From NCBI GenBank assembly GCA_015233145.1, contig JADFYI010000004.1, forward strand, positions 68,821 through 132,820: a stretch of DNA of 64,000 nt, written 5' to 3'. A program made the position numbers and the translations under genes. The notes beneath the pieces were generated by a model, which searched no databases, had not been told where the DNA came from, and saw only the letters and a list, made by a program, of their open reading frames with translations. Positions 37,023-46,016 of this stretch are shown here, one piece after another. The DNA comes from Candidatus Omnitrophota bacterium. Lineage in GTDB: Bacteria > Omnitrophota > Gorgyraeia > Zapsychrales > Fredricksoniimonadaceae. The first letter of the stretch is position 1; every line of letters starts with the position of its first letter.

Positions 37023-37997
37023 TTAAGGCAAATTAAATAAACTTCTCTTCACAACAAATGTTTGCTCCTCAAGCCCTGCTTCACAGGTGGCTGAAATCCC
37101 CTCGCGAAGGCCGGTCGGGGCATTCCATCCCAGGGATTTAATGCGGGAACTGTCCAAAAGCTTGCGCATGACGCCATCAGGCCTTGTTTTATCCCAGGTT
37201 ATTTGTCCCCGATATCCGACAATGGAGGCAATCACTGCAGCCAATTCCCCGATTTCCACATCAATGCCGGTGCCGATATTAATAAGCTCCGGGGAATGAT
37301 ACCTCTCCAGAAGAAAAAGGCAGGCCTCCGTAAGGTCATCGCCGAAAATAAATTCCCGCCGCGGCTTGCCGCTGCCCCACAACTCAACATGGCGCGTCCC
37401 CATTTTGGCAGCCTTGCGGAGTTTGCCGATCAAAGCGCCCATGACATGGGCTTCTTCAAGGTCGCGCTCAGGGGCCGGGCCATAAACTGTCGCTGGTACC
37501 GCTGAAATAGCAGGAAACCCGTACTGCTTGAAGTACGCCTGGCACATCACCACTCCCGCCGCCTTAGCCATGGAATACGGCTCGCTTATTTTCTCCATGG
37601 TCCCTGTTAAAAAATATTCCTCTTTGATGGGCTGCGGGCAATCCTGGGGATAAACGCAGGAGGCGGCCAAAAATAACAGTTTTTTAACTCCCACACGGTA
37701 AGAAAAATCAATCACATTATTTTGCGCCTGAAGGTTTTCAAACATAAACTCAGCCCCGTGAGCCTGGTTGGCCGCAATGCCGCCGGCACGGACTGAAGAA
37801 AGGATCACAAACTCCGGGCGCTCCCTGTCCATAAACGCACGCAGGGCCTTGCCGTCCAAAGGATTTAAACTGAGCTCCGTCGAGGAAAGCACGGATGAAA
37901 ATCCCCGACGGTAAAGCCCGCGGACTAAAGACATTTCAATCGCGTCGGCATGGCCGACAATAAGTATTTTCGACTTTTTGACGATTCCTGCGCGCAT
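37023..37997 (-). CDS. GDP-L-fucose synthase (Fcl)/ColC-like SDR with an atypical dinucleotide motif
   Basis: Collinear with E. coli Fcl as recalled: AASCVYP, YSMAKAAG, WGSGKPRREF and DKTRPDGVMRKLLD. The N-terminal GxxGxxG position reads GHADAIE. Confidence 0.6.
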   Translation of the reverse strand: MRAGIVKKSKILIVGHADAIEMSLVRGLYRRGFSSVLSSTELSLNPLDGKALRAFMDRERPEFVILSSVRAGGIAANQAHGAEFMFENLQAQNNVIDFSYRVGVKKLLFLAASCVYPQDCPQPIKEEYFLTGTMEKISEPYSMAKAAGVVMCQAYFKQYGFPAISAVPATVYGPAPERDLEEAHVMGALIGKLRKAAKMGTRHVELWGSGKPRREFIFGDDLTEACLFLLERYHSPELINIGTGIDVEIGELAAVIASIVGYRGQITWDKTRPDGVMRKLLDSSRIKSLGWNAPTGLREGISATCEAGLEEQTFVVKRSLFNLP

Positions 37998-37999
37998 AA

Positions 38000-38536
38000 T
38001 TACTTCTCGTTATAATAATTGCCGTCTTCAATCAGAAGCGTGGCACGGTTATCTTCCCGCTCAAAAGCGCGCTGATAGGCTGGAAAAATATCCTGCGGCT
38101 CGGAAAGTTCAACAACCTCAATCCAGTCAAAAAGCTTACGGAAAGACTCTGCAAAATTCCCCACATGCTGATGCCCGGGATGCACTGGTTTATAAGGCCC
38201 TGTGGCCACGCGGATAATAACTTTAGGAGTGACCCGCCCCTGGCTCATGGCCGGGAATTTGTCGAGCATGTTGGACATGTCTCCCGTTGCCAGCAATAAA
38301 AAATTCTGGCGCGGATAAACAGAGACCGGAACATAGCCGGCCAGCGCCAGGCCTATGGAAAACTGCATCTGGAAACTTTCATTGACCGGGAATTCAACCG
38401 CACGGTCTTTGGGCACGTCCCGCAGGGTCTGGTACATAAATGTGCCCGGCACCGCTGCGGTCTGGCCGACAAAAATCGTTTTGGGCTGTGTGGCCAGCCA
38501 TTCCATGGTCCGTTTAAGCTCGTCGAAATATTTCAT
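38000..38536 (-). CDS. ThDP-enzyme beta-like subunit (Pyr domain only, E1-beta-like)
   Basis: 178 aa. EFPVNESFQMQFSIGLALAG contains the conserved ThDP-activating Glu context. Lacks the C-terminal transketolase domain of E1-beta. Confidence 0.6.
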   Translation of the reverse strand: MKYFDELKRTMEWLATQPKTIFVGQTAAVPGTFMYQTLRDVPKDRAVEFPVNESFQMQFSIGLALAGYVPVSVYPRQNFLLLATGDMSNMLDKFPAMSQGRVTPKVIIRVATGPYKPVHPGHQHVGNFAESFRKLFDWIEVVELSEPQDIFPAYQRAFEREDNRATLLIEDGNYYNEK

Positions 38537-38537
38537 A

Positions 38538-39161
38538 TTAAAATTTTATGAGTTTTCCAAGCCCGGAATGCGGCCAGCCGTTCTTGTATTGAAAATAAAC
38601 AATTTTTTTCTCAAACCGCGTCCCCTTAAACCAGGGTTCTTCAGAGCCCCATGTTTCACGGGTCTGGGTCATAACACTGAGTCCGTTGTCAGACACGATA
38701 AATTTTGCCGGTAAATCAAAATTAACAGCATACTTGACCGCCTCATGAAAAATTCCGGTCTCCGACGACATGTCACCGCAAAAAAGAAACACGCGCCCCT
38801 TTTTGCCCTCATGCTTAAGCGCCCAGGCGACACCCGTGGCAACACCCATGAGGCTCCCGACAATCCCTGAGCAGAAAATCTTGTGTTCTGGAAAACAAAG
38901 CGCAATGCTGCGTCCGTCCATGATCGCGGCTAACACTTCTTCCCGCGCAACGCCTTTGAGCAGGCAAAGCTCATGCGAATCCCAAAAACCAAAAAGATAA
39001 TCGTCAGCACCGATATTGTATTCTTGAAAAATACGAATAAGCTCTTCTTCACGCCCGGAACGAAGATGCACCGGCGCTTTGATGAGCCCCTGGGCAAAAA
39101 TTCCGGCGACTTCATTCTCAAAGCCTTCCAGGTCTTTTTTGGTTAACGCTGTCATGGCCAT
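38538..39161 (-). CDS. ThDP-enzyme alpha-like subunit (PP domain, E1-alpha-like, minimal)
   Basis: 207 aa. GDMSSETGIFHEAVKYAVNFDLPAKFIVSDNG fits the GDG-X(25-30)-N ThDP/Mg motif (GDM-X26-DN). Confidence 0.6.
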   Translation of the reverse strand: MAMTALTKKDLEGFENEVAGIFAQGLIKAPVHLRSGREEELIRIFQEYNIGADDYLFGFWDSHELCLLKGVAREEVLAAIMDGRSIALCFPEHKIFCSGIVGSLMGVATGVAWALKHEGKKGRVFLFCGDMSSETGIFHEAVKYAVNFDLPAKFIVSDNGLSVMTQTRETWGSEEPWFKGTRFEKKIVYFQYKNGWPHSGLGKLIKF

Positions 39162-40102
39162 TATAAATTCTCTTTAAACCACTCAATTGTCTTGGCAAGG
39201 CCTTCCCGTAACGAAACTTTTGGCTCCCAGCCTAACTTGGCCCTGGCTATGGAAATATCAGGTTTACGCTGTTTAGGATCATCCTGAGGAAACGGCTCGT
39301 AAACAAACTTGCTCCTGCTGCCCGTCAGTTCCAGCACAATTTTGGCAAATTCAATAATGGTAAATTCCCCGGGATTGCCGATATTCACAGGGCCACTCAG
39401 GTTCGAAAACATGAGCCGCAAAATCCCTTTGGCCTCATCGTCAACATAACAAAAGGAGCGTGTCTGCTTTCCATCGCCATAAATCGTCAACGGGAGCCCC
39501 TTAAGCGCCTGATAAATAAAATTCGGCACCACACGCCCGTCATGAAGATTCATGCGGGGGCCGTAAGTATTAAAAATACGCACGACTTTGGTGTCCACCT
39601 TAAATGTACGCCGATACGCAAATGTTACTGCTTCGGCATAACGCTTGGCCTCATCATAAACACTGCGCGGGCCAATGGGATTAACGTTGCCCCAATAGGT
39701 TTCTTTTTGGGGATGCTCCTTAGGGTCGCCGTAGACTTCTGAAGTCGATGTTAAAAGAAACACGGCTTTTTTTGCTTTCGCGATTTCAAGCATGTGATGG
39801 GTACCTTGCGAGCCCACCAAAAGCGTTTCCACAGGATGGTTCAGGTAATCCACCGGGCTCGCCGGAGACGCGCAATGCATCACATAATCAATCTTTCCGG
39901 GAATCTTAAAAGGCCTTGAGACATCCTGTTTGATCAGCGTAAAATTCTTGTCTTTCAAAAGATGCGCGATATTGGTTTTTTTGCCTGTAATAAAATTATC
40001 AACGCAAAAAATCCTGTGCCCCTGCTCCATAAGCTGGTCGCACATGTGGCTTGGTAAAAATCCTGCCCCGCCGCTCATGAGCGTTACTTTCTTTCTTGTC
40101 AT
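39161..40102 (-). CDS. UDP-glucuronate decarboxylase (UXS-like SDR)
   Basis: 313 aa. [23 protein letters not shown] and YDEAKR. The third Gly of the Rossmann motif is Pro. Confidence 0.75.
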   Translation of the reverse strand: MTRKKVTLMSGGAGFLPSHMCDQLMEQGHRIFCVDNFITGKKTNIAHLLKDKNFTLIKQDVSRPFKIPGKIDYVMHCASPASPVDYLNHPVETLLVGSQGTHHMLEIAKAKKAVFLLTSTSEVYGDPKEHPQKETYWGNVNPIGPRSVYDEAKRYAEAVTFAYRRTFKVDTKVVRIFNTYGPRMNLHDGRVVPNFIYQALKGLPLTIYGDGKQTRSFCYVDDEAKGILRLMFSNLSGPVNIGNPGEFTIIEFAKIVLELTGSRSKFVYEPFPQDDPKQRKPDISIARAKLGWEPKVSLREGLAKTIEWFKENL

Positions 40103-40114
40103 GCGATCCTCTTT

Positions 40115-41416
40115 TTATAACTTGATAATTTTCTCTGAAACCGTTTTATGATAAATATTCTTAAGATCAAAAATCTGCCTCGCGTTCTTTAAAACAAGCT
40201 TATAGTCCACGTTCGTGTGATCGACAGCAATGACAACGCAATCCTGATCCGCAATGTTTTTGGGGGTCAACGGTGCGCCTTCCATCTCCAGCCCTTCCAG
40301 ATGAAGAAACGGCACCAAAGGATCATAAAACGAAACCACAGCCCCGCGTCTTTTCAAGATATCAATCAGCCTTAACGACGGCGACTTTCGGAGGTCCTTA
40401 ACGTCTTTTTTGTATGTCACGCCCATAATGAGCACCCTGGCGCCTTTAAGGATTTTACCGCGGGCGCTGAGCATATCTTTCACTCGAGACACAACGTATT
40501 CCGGCATGGCGGAATTGATATCCGCGGAAAGTTTGATAAAACGCGACGCACACCCCTTTTCCTTGGCCTTCCAGTAAAGATAAATAGGGTCTTCCGGGAT
40601 GCAATGGCCGCCCACGCCAAGCCCGGGGTAAAAGGGCATAAATCCGAAAGGCTTTGTTTTGGCTGCGTCGATAACCTCCCAGACATCAATGTCAAACTTA
40701 TGGCACATCATGGCCGCTTCATTGATCCAGCCAATATTCACAAGCCTGAAGGTATTTTCAAGAAGTTTGCACATCTCAGCCGCTCGGGGCGAAGAAACAA
40801 CGTGGATGTCCTTGATAATTTTCCCATAAAGGGCTTTGGCCAGGATACTGCACGCCGGGGTGACACCGCCGACAACCTTGGGGATCTGTGTCACGGTATG
40901 CGTGGCATTGCCCGGGTCAATCCTTTCGGGGGAAAATGCCAGATAAAAATCCCTGCCGACCTTGAGTCCCCCTCTTTCAAGCTCGGGCGCGATCAACTCC
41001 TCAGTCGTGCCAGGGTAGGTTGTGCTCTCGAGAATAACAAGGGTGCCTTTGGAAAGATTTTCCGCAACCGAACGGACCGCGGAAAGAATAAATGAAATAT
41101 CCGGAGTATACTTTTTTTTGATCGGAGTCGGGACGCAAATAATCACAGCCCTGCAGTTTTTGATACAGCCGAAATCCGTTGTCGGTAAAAAAGCCCTGTG
41201 GGATACAGGCTCGACGATTTCAGCGTCTGTCACATCAGTAATATAACTCGTTCCGGCCAGAAGCCTGTCAATGCGGTCGGTGTTGTTGTCGATTCCGTAA
41301 ACACGGAAACCTTTATTGGCAAACCCCAACGCCAGAGGAAGGCCGACATAGCCAAGCCCGATGACGGCGACAGATATTTCGTTTTTTTTGATTTTTGAAA
41401 AAAGTTTCTTATACAT
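40115..41416 (-). CDS. nucleotide-sugar dehydrogenase (UDP-GlcNAc/ManNAc 6-dehydrogenase-like)
   Basis: 433 aa. VIGLGYVGLPLA and GVGGHCIPEDP (catalytic Cys). Confidence 0.75.
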   Translation of the reverse strand: MYKKLFSKIKKNEISVAVIGLGYVGLPLALGFANKGFRVYGIDNNTDRIDRLLAGTSYITDVTDAEIVEPVSHRAFLPTTDFGCIKNCRAVIICVPTPIKKKYTPDISFILSAVRSVAENLSKGTLVILESTTYPGTTEELIAPELERGGLKVGRDFYLAFSPERIDPGNATHTVTQIPKVVGGVTPACSILAKALYGKIIKDIHVVSSPRAAEMCKLLENTFRLVNIGWINEAAMMCHKFDIDVWEVIDAAKTKPFGFMPFYPGLGVGGHCIPEDPIYLYWKAKEKGCASRFIKLSADINSAMPEYVVSRVKDMLSARGKILKGARVLIMGVTYKKDVKDLRKSPSLRLIDILKRRGAVVSFYDPLVPFLHLEGLEMEGAPLTPKNIADQDCVVIAVDHTNVDYKLVLKNARQIFDLKNIYHKTVSEKIIKL

Positions 41417-42731
41417 GCCCGCGGCCTATCCCGTAATATTCAAATCCCAGATCACCCAATGCCTTCATGTCGAGGAAATTACGGCCGTCAAAAATCACGG
41501 CCTGCCGCATGGCATCGCGAACCCTGGCCCAGTCAGCCGCCTTAAACTCTTCCCACTCCGTCAAAAGAAGAAGGCAATCCGCGCCTTTCGCGGCGGCATA
41601 AGGGTCAGAACAAAACTTAATCCCTTTGAGCATTTTTTTAGCATTAGGCACGGCCTGCGGGTCATAGGCCTGAATGCAGGCGCCTTCATTTTGAAGGGCT
41701 TCGATGATCGTAACCGACGCGGCACTGCGCATGTCATCCGTGTTCGACTTAAACGCCAATCCCCAGACTGCAATGGTTTTATCTTTGAGGATCCACAATT
41801 TATCTTCCACAAGGCGGATAAAAGATTGCTTTTGCTCTTCATTCACCTCACGCACGCTTTTTAACAATTTAAAGTCATAGCCGCTCTTCTCAGCCAGGCG
41901 GACAAAGGCATCCACATCCTTAGGAAAACAGCTTCCGCCGTAACCGACACCCGCGTTCAAAAAAGCCCGGCCGATGCGCTTGTCATAGCCCATGCCCTCG
42001 GCCACCTGCTCGACATCCGCGCCCACCCGCTCACAAATCTGGGAAACCGCATTGATGAATGAAATTTTTGTCGCTAAAAAAGAATTCGACGCGTGCTTGA
42101 TGATCTCGGCGGTCGCCACATTCGTCACCAGCATCTTGGCCTTCAAAGGCTTGTAAATCTCACGCAAAAGCCTTTCCGCACGCTTTGATTCAACACCGAT
42201 AACAATGCGGTCTGGATTCATGAAATCCTTGATCGCCGACCCTTCCCGAAGAAATTCAGGGTTAGAGGCAACATCGAATTCAAGCGTTATCTTGTTCCCG
42301 TTTTTAAACTTATTGGGAAGATTGAGCTTAACCGTGCGTTCAATACGATTTCCGGTCTGGGCAGGGACCGTGGACTTTTCCACCAGGAGTTTATACGAAT
42401 CCATGTTGCGCGCAATTTCCCGGGTCACATTTTCAATGTACGTGAGGTCGGCATCGCCGTTCTTTTTCGACGGAGTCCCCACCGCGATAAAAATAACAGA
42501 AGCTTTCTTCGATGATTCTGCGATAGAGCTTGAAAAAGTAATTCTTCCGGACTTGCGGTATTTCTCCAGAAGCTCACCTAAGCCTGGCTCATAAATAGGA
42601 ATCCCGCCGGCTTTAAGAACCTTGATCTTCTCCTCGTTATTATCCACACAAATAACGTTGTGGCCGATGTGTGCCAGGCATACCCCTGTCACAAGCCCGA
42701 CGTATCCGGACCCGATGATAGCTATATCCAT
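41409..42731 (-). CDS. ugd: UDP-glucose 6-dehydrogenase
   Basis: ORF trimmed to ATG 42731 (MDIAIIGSGYVGLVTG, AGGA Shine-Dalgarno upstream). GYGGSCFPKD catalytic Cys. Confidence 0.85.
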   Translation of the reverse strand: MDIAIIGSGYVGLVTGVCLAHIGHNVICVDNNEEKIKVLKAGGIPIYEPGLGELLEKYRKSGRITFSSSIAESSKKASVIFIAVGTPSKKNGDADLTYIENVTREIARNMDSYKLLVEKSTVPAQTGNRIERTVKLNLPNKFKNGNKITLEFDVASNPEFLREGSAIKDFMNPDRIVIGVESKRAERLLREIYKPLKAKMLVTNVATAEIIKHASNSFLATKISFINAVSQICERVGADVEQVAEGMGYDKRIGRAFLNAGVGYGGSCFPKDVDAFVRLAEKSGYDFKLLKSVREVNEEQKQSFIRLVEDKLWILKDKTIAVWGLAFKSNTDDMRSAASVTIIEALQNEGACIQAYDPQAVPNAKKMLKGIKFCSDPYAAAKGADCLLLLTEWEEFKAADWARVRDAMRQAVIFDGRNFLDMKALGDLGFEYYGIGRGHV

Positions 42732-42750
42732 TTTTCTTCCTTCAGTCTTT

Positions 42751-44976
42751 TTAAGGCTGCGGTTGCGAGCCAACTTCTCTCTTGCTGAAACTTGTGCTTC
42801 CATTAAATTTTACGGATGGGAACGCCTTGATACGGAAAATAAACCAGAATTCTGTGCCTGATTTTTCCGGTTCTTTCTTGTTGTTGATCGCGAATTCAAC
42901 TTCCCAGGAATGGAGGTCGCGCACAAAAGAATACTGCTGTTCCTGCCAATGGCCCGTATCCACATTCCAGCGGTCGTAAACGACTGTCCGCCATTTGGGA
43001 TTGAATTTGTACGACACCTGTGTTGTGACAAGGTCGTCATCCTTGTGCGCATACCGGCGGCCGATATCAAATTCCCATTTTTTGTTGTCTTTCAAATACA
43101 AGTCAAAATTGGCGGTCTGCAGATGCCTGGTGTCATTATTGTAATCCATGTCATTATGAAACGTGACATACTGGTTCGGGTAAAGTTCATTCGTCCACTT
43201 CATATCCCCCCAGCTGCCAGGCGTTGGGTTGTCTTTCAGCCGAAACTCGGTTGTGAGAGACGAACGCGCAAGATCAACGCTTTTCCCGTCACGCTTGGTC
43301 TGAAGCGTGTTGTCGAGCCCCAGGGCAAAACGGTCTATGGTATCGCGGGCGTCCATAGAGTCAAAACCATAAAGTTTCTCAGACCCGAGCGTTGGGTGAT
43401 GCTGGTACAGATAGCCCACCGTCGGCGTTATGACATGGCGGAGCTGGTTCACCTCAATGCCATACTTATTAAAAGTGACGTCATACACGCGGTAAAACTT
43501 TGTGCTCACATCCATCCCGGTACGGAAAATCCCGCGCACGGAATCATTGTGCGAGCTGTCCAATGTGTTGGAATAATACGTTTGTTCGGTCCCGATATAA
43601 GGCCGCATCTCCAGGAAAGAAACTTTAAAAGGACGCGAAAGTTCATTGTCCGTATCAATGCGAATCGTATGATGCGTGTTGTCTGAAACCGAAGGATCTT
43701 TTTGCCTTAAATTCGAAATCGTATTGTTGCTTTTGACATAAAAACCCGTGTCAGAAATCGGCTGGTTTGTCAGGCTGTAATTAAATTCCGGTAAGCGCTC
43801 GACCGGAGCCTCAAAATTGTTAACACGCAGGTCAGCCCGCAAGCTTGCCGTGGCATTGGCCATCGAATGAGTCAAAAGGGCATACGTAGGAGGATTCTGG
43901 TCCTGCTGGTATTCTCTCCTGAAATACTCCTTAATAAAATCTTTATCCGACACTTTGTAATACTGGGAAATAAAACTTGTCTGCGGGTCAATGTCCCATT
44001 TATGGCGCCATTCAATGCGATAGCGCTCACCCGTTGTCGGCGTTGCATTGGTCTGGCCGATGGTGTTGCCGATCAGCTGATGCTCATTAATATAATATGT
44101 TTTGACAAGACCATGTCCCCCGTTTTCCCAGGCATTATAATCGGCATCCACGCCATAACCGACGCCTTTGCGGCCGTAAAGGTCCAGATGATACGTGGTA
44201 TCAATCCAATCCGTCACCATCATATGCGTGCTCATAAGAACATACGCGCCTAAATCTTTTTGATAACCGGGAACAACCCTGAGATGCGGGCGGTCATCAT
44301 TCAAATACTGGACATACTTGGGCATATACATGACCGGCATACCCCCCAAATACATGACAGAGTTGTGCGCAATCGCCCGGTCATACGGATAAACCTCGAT
44401 TTTGCGCGACTTAATGCGGTATTCCGGATTATCGTAATCGCTCGTGGAAATCCACCCGTCGGAAAGGACATAATAATCATCATGGAATTTTGTAATGGAC
44501 GCAGCCTTGCCGAAATAAGGGTTGGCCATGATCCGGGCATTGGTAAATTCGCCGCGCTTGGTTTCAAAATTATAAAACGCCTTATCCGCCCAGACCGTGC
44601 CTTTGGGCGAAACAAGGACAATATTGCCAATGGCATGGGCTTCTTTGCGGTCGCGATAAAATTCAAGCTTGTCACAAAAAAGTGTTGAGTCGTTTTGCTT
44701 TAAGACAACATTGCCGCTGGCCACAAACTTGGATTCTTCCGCCTTAAATTCAATGGAGTCTCCGGTTAATTCCACAGGGGCATTCTTGTCATAGGGGGCA
44801 TTTTTGTCATGCGGGACGTCTTTGGCCGGGGCTTTATCATCTAAAGGGGATGATGATGGCGCTGCCTGCGCCGAATTTTCTTGTGCCTGTGCCCCGGAAG
44901 CAGAAAAAATCAGTGCTGCCAAAGCCACACACCAGAAAACAACAAAGGCCCTCATCACTTGTTTGGTATCTTTCAT
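42751..44976 (-). CDS. lptD: LPS-assembly outer-membrane protein LptD
   Basis: 741 aa. Signal peptide ending AQAQ, an OstA-like N-terminal domain (ELTGDSIEFK...ASGNVVL...A.GNIVL) and a large beta-barrel-type C-terminus ending in an aromatic-rich strand. Confidence 0.8.
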   Translation of the reverse strand: MKDTKQVMRAFVVFWCVALAALIFSASGAQAQENSAQAAPSSSPLDDKAPAKDVPHDKNAPYDKNAPVELTGDSIEFKAEESKFVASGNVVLKQNDSTLFCDKLEFYRDRKEAHAIGNIVLVSPKGTVWADKAFYNFETKRGEFTNARIMANPYFGKAASITKFHDDYYVLSDGWISTSDYDNPEYRIKSRKIEVYPYDRAIAHNSVMYLGGMPVMYMPKYVQYLNDDRPHLRVVPGYQKDLGAYVLMSTHMMVTDWIDTTYHLDLYGRKGVGYGVDADYNAWENGGHGLVKTYYINEHQLIGNTIGQTNATPTTGERYRIEWRHKWDIDPQTSFISQYYKVSDKDFIKEYFRREYQQDQNPPTYALLTHSMANATASLRADLRVNNFEAPVERLPEFNYSLTNQPISDTGFYVKSNNTISNLRQKDPSVSDNTHHTIRIDTDNELSRPFKVSFLEMRPYIGTEQTYYSNTLDSSHNDSVRGIFRTGMDVSTKFYRVYDVTFNKYGIEVNQLRHVITPTVGYLYQHHPTLGSEKLYGFDSMDARDTIDRFALGLDNTLQTKRDGKSVDLARSSLTTEFRLKDNPTPGSWGDMKWTNELYPNQYVTFHNDMDYNNDTRHLQTANFDLYLKDNKKWEFDIGRRYAHKDDDLVTTQVSYKFNPKWRTVVYDRWNVDTGHWQEQQYSFVRDLHSWEVEFAINNKKEPEKSGTEFWFIFRIKAFPSVKFNGSTSFSKREVGSQPQP

Positions 44977-44989
44977 GTTAAACCCCGGT

Positions 44990-45916
44990 TCAATATTTTC
45001 TGGAAGAAATCAAAACCCTGGCGCCCACCAGCCCTGCATCATCACCCAGCTTTGCCTTGATAATACTGACCAAGGACGCTTGTGTCTGCATGACACGTGC
45101 ATCAATAACTTTTCTGATGGCAGGAGCCATAAATTGAAAACTGGAAGAAACTCCACCGCCAATAATAATGCGTTCAGGATTAAGCAGGTTAATCGCGCCA
45201 ATAAGGCCGGTTCCCACTTTTGTCCCCACATCCTGCCAAAACCTGAGCGCCCTTGTATTGCCCTCGCGCGCCAAACAAAAAACCTCTTCCAAAGTGATAT
45301 TGCTCTTGTGAAATACCTTGCCTGCCCATTTCTGGAGCGCGGCGTTGCCGACATAACGCTCAAAACAGGCATATCCGCCGCAGCCGCATCGGGGCCCATG
45401 CTCATTTAAAGGCGCATGGCCGATTTCGCCCGCCGCAAATCCGGGCCCGCGATAAATCTCATTATTCAAAATCAAGCCCGCGCCAACCCCTGTGCCCAGC
45501 GTCATGCAAATAAGATTTTTATACCCCTGCCCCGCGCCGTATTTCCATTCGCCCAGGGCCATCATATTGACATCATTCTCAATTTGAACCGGAAGGCCTG
45601 TTTTGGCCTTGAGTATCTTCTTTAAAGGAACGTTTTTCCAGCCTGGGATATTGGGCAAAAGACGCACAATCCCTTTCTCAACATCAACAAGCCCTGGCAA
45701 GCCAATGCCAATGCCGCAAACGCTTTTTTTTGATATCCCTCCCTCTTTTAAGAGCGAGGCCACGTTTTGGCTAATGGCTTTTATAAGGCACCGAGGAGAA
45801 GAAATAAACTTCCTGGTGGAAAAAACAGCGCGCAGACTAATCCGTGAAGAGGCATCCACAATCCCCAGCTTGACATTCGTGCCCCCCACATCAACTCCAA
45901 CAACAAACTGCTTCAT
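44990..45916 (-). CDS. ROK-family sugar kinase (glucokinase-like)
   Basis: VGVDVGGTNVKLG, the CGCGGYACFE zinc motif and ATG 45916 (the ORF-track start is a TTG). Confidence 0.8.
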   Translation of the reverse strand: MKQFVVGVDVGGTNVKLGIVDASSRISLRAVFSTRKFISSPRCLIKAISQNVASLLKEGGISKKSVCGIGIGLPGLVDVEKGIVRLLPNIPGWKNVPLKKILKAKTGLPVQIENDVNMMALGEWKYGAGQGYKNLICMTLGTGVGAGLILNNEIYRGPGFAAGEIGHAPLNEHGPRCGCGGYACFERYVGNAALQKWAGKVFHKSNITLEEVFCLAREGNTRALRFWQDVGTKVGTGLIGAINLLNPERIIIGGGVSSSFQFMAPAIRKVIDARVMQTQASLVSIIKAKLGDDAGLVGARVLISSRKY

Positions 45917-46016
45917 ATATAATAATTTAGGTTTCAAATATAATAGATTAAAGAGAAAAGATTGCGGCTAATTCTACACGAAAGCCTGGCAGGATTCAAC
46001 TGGGATTTTAAACAAA

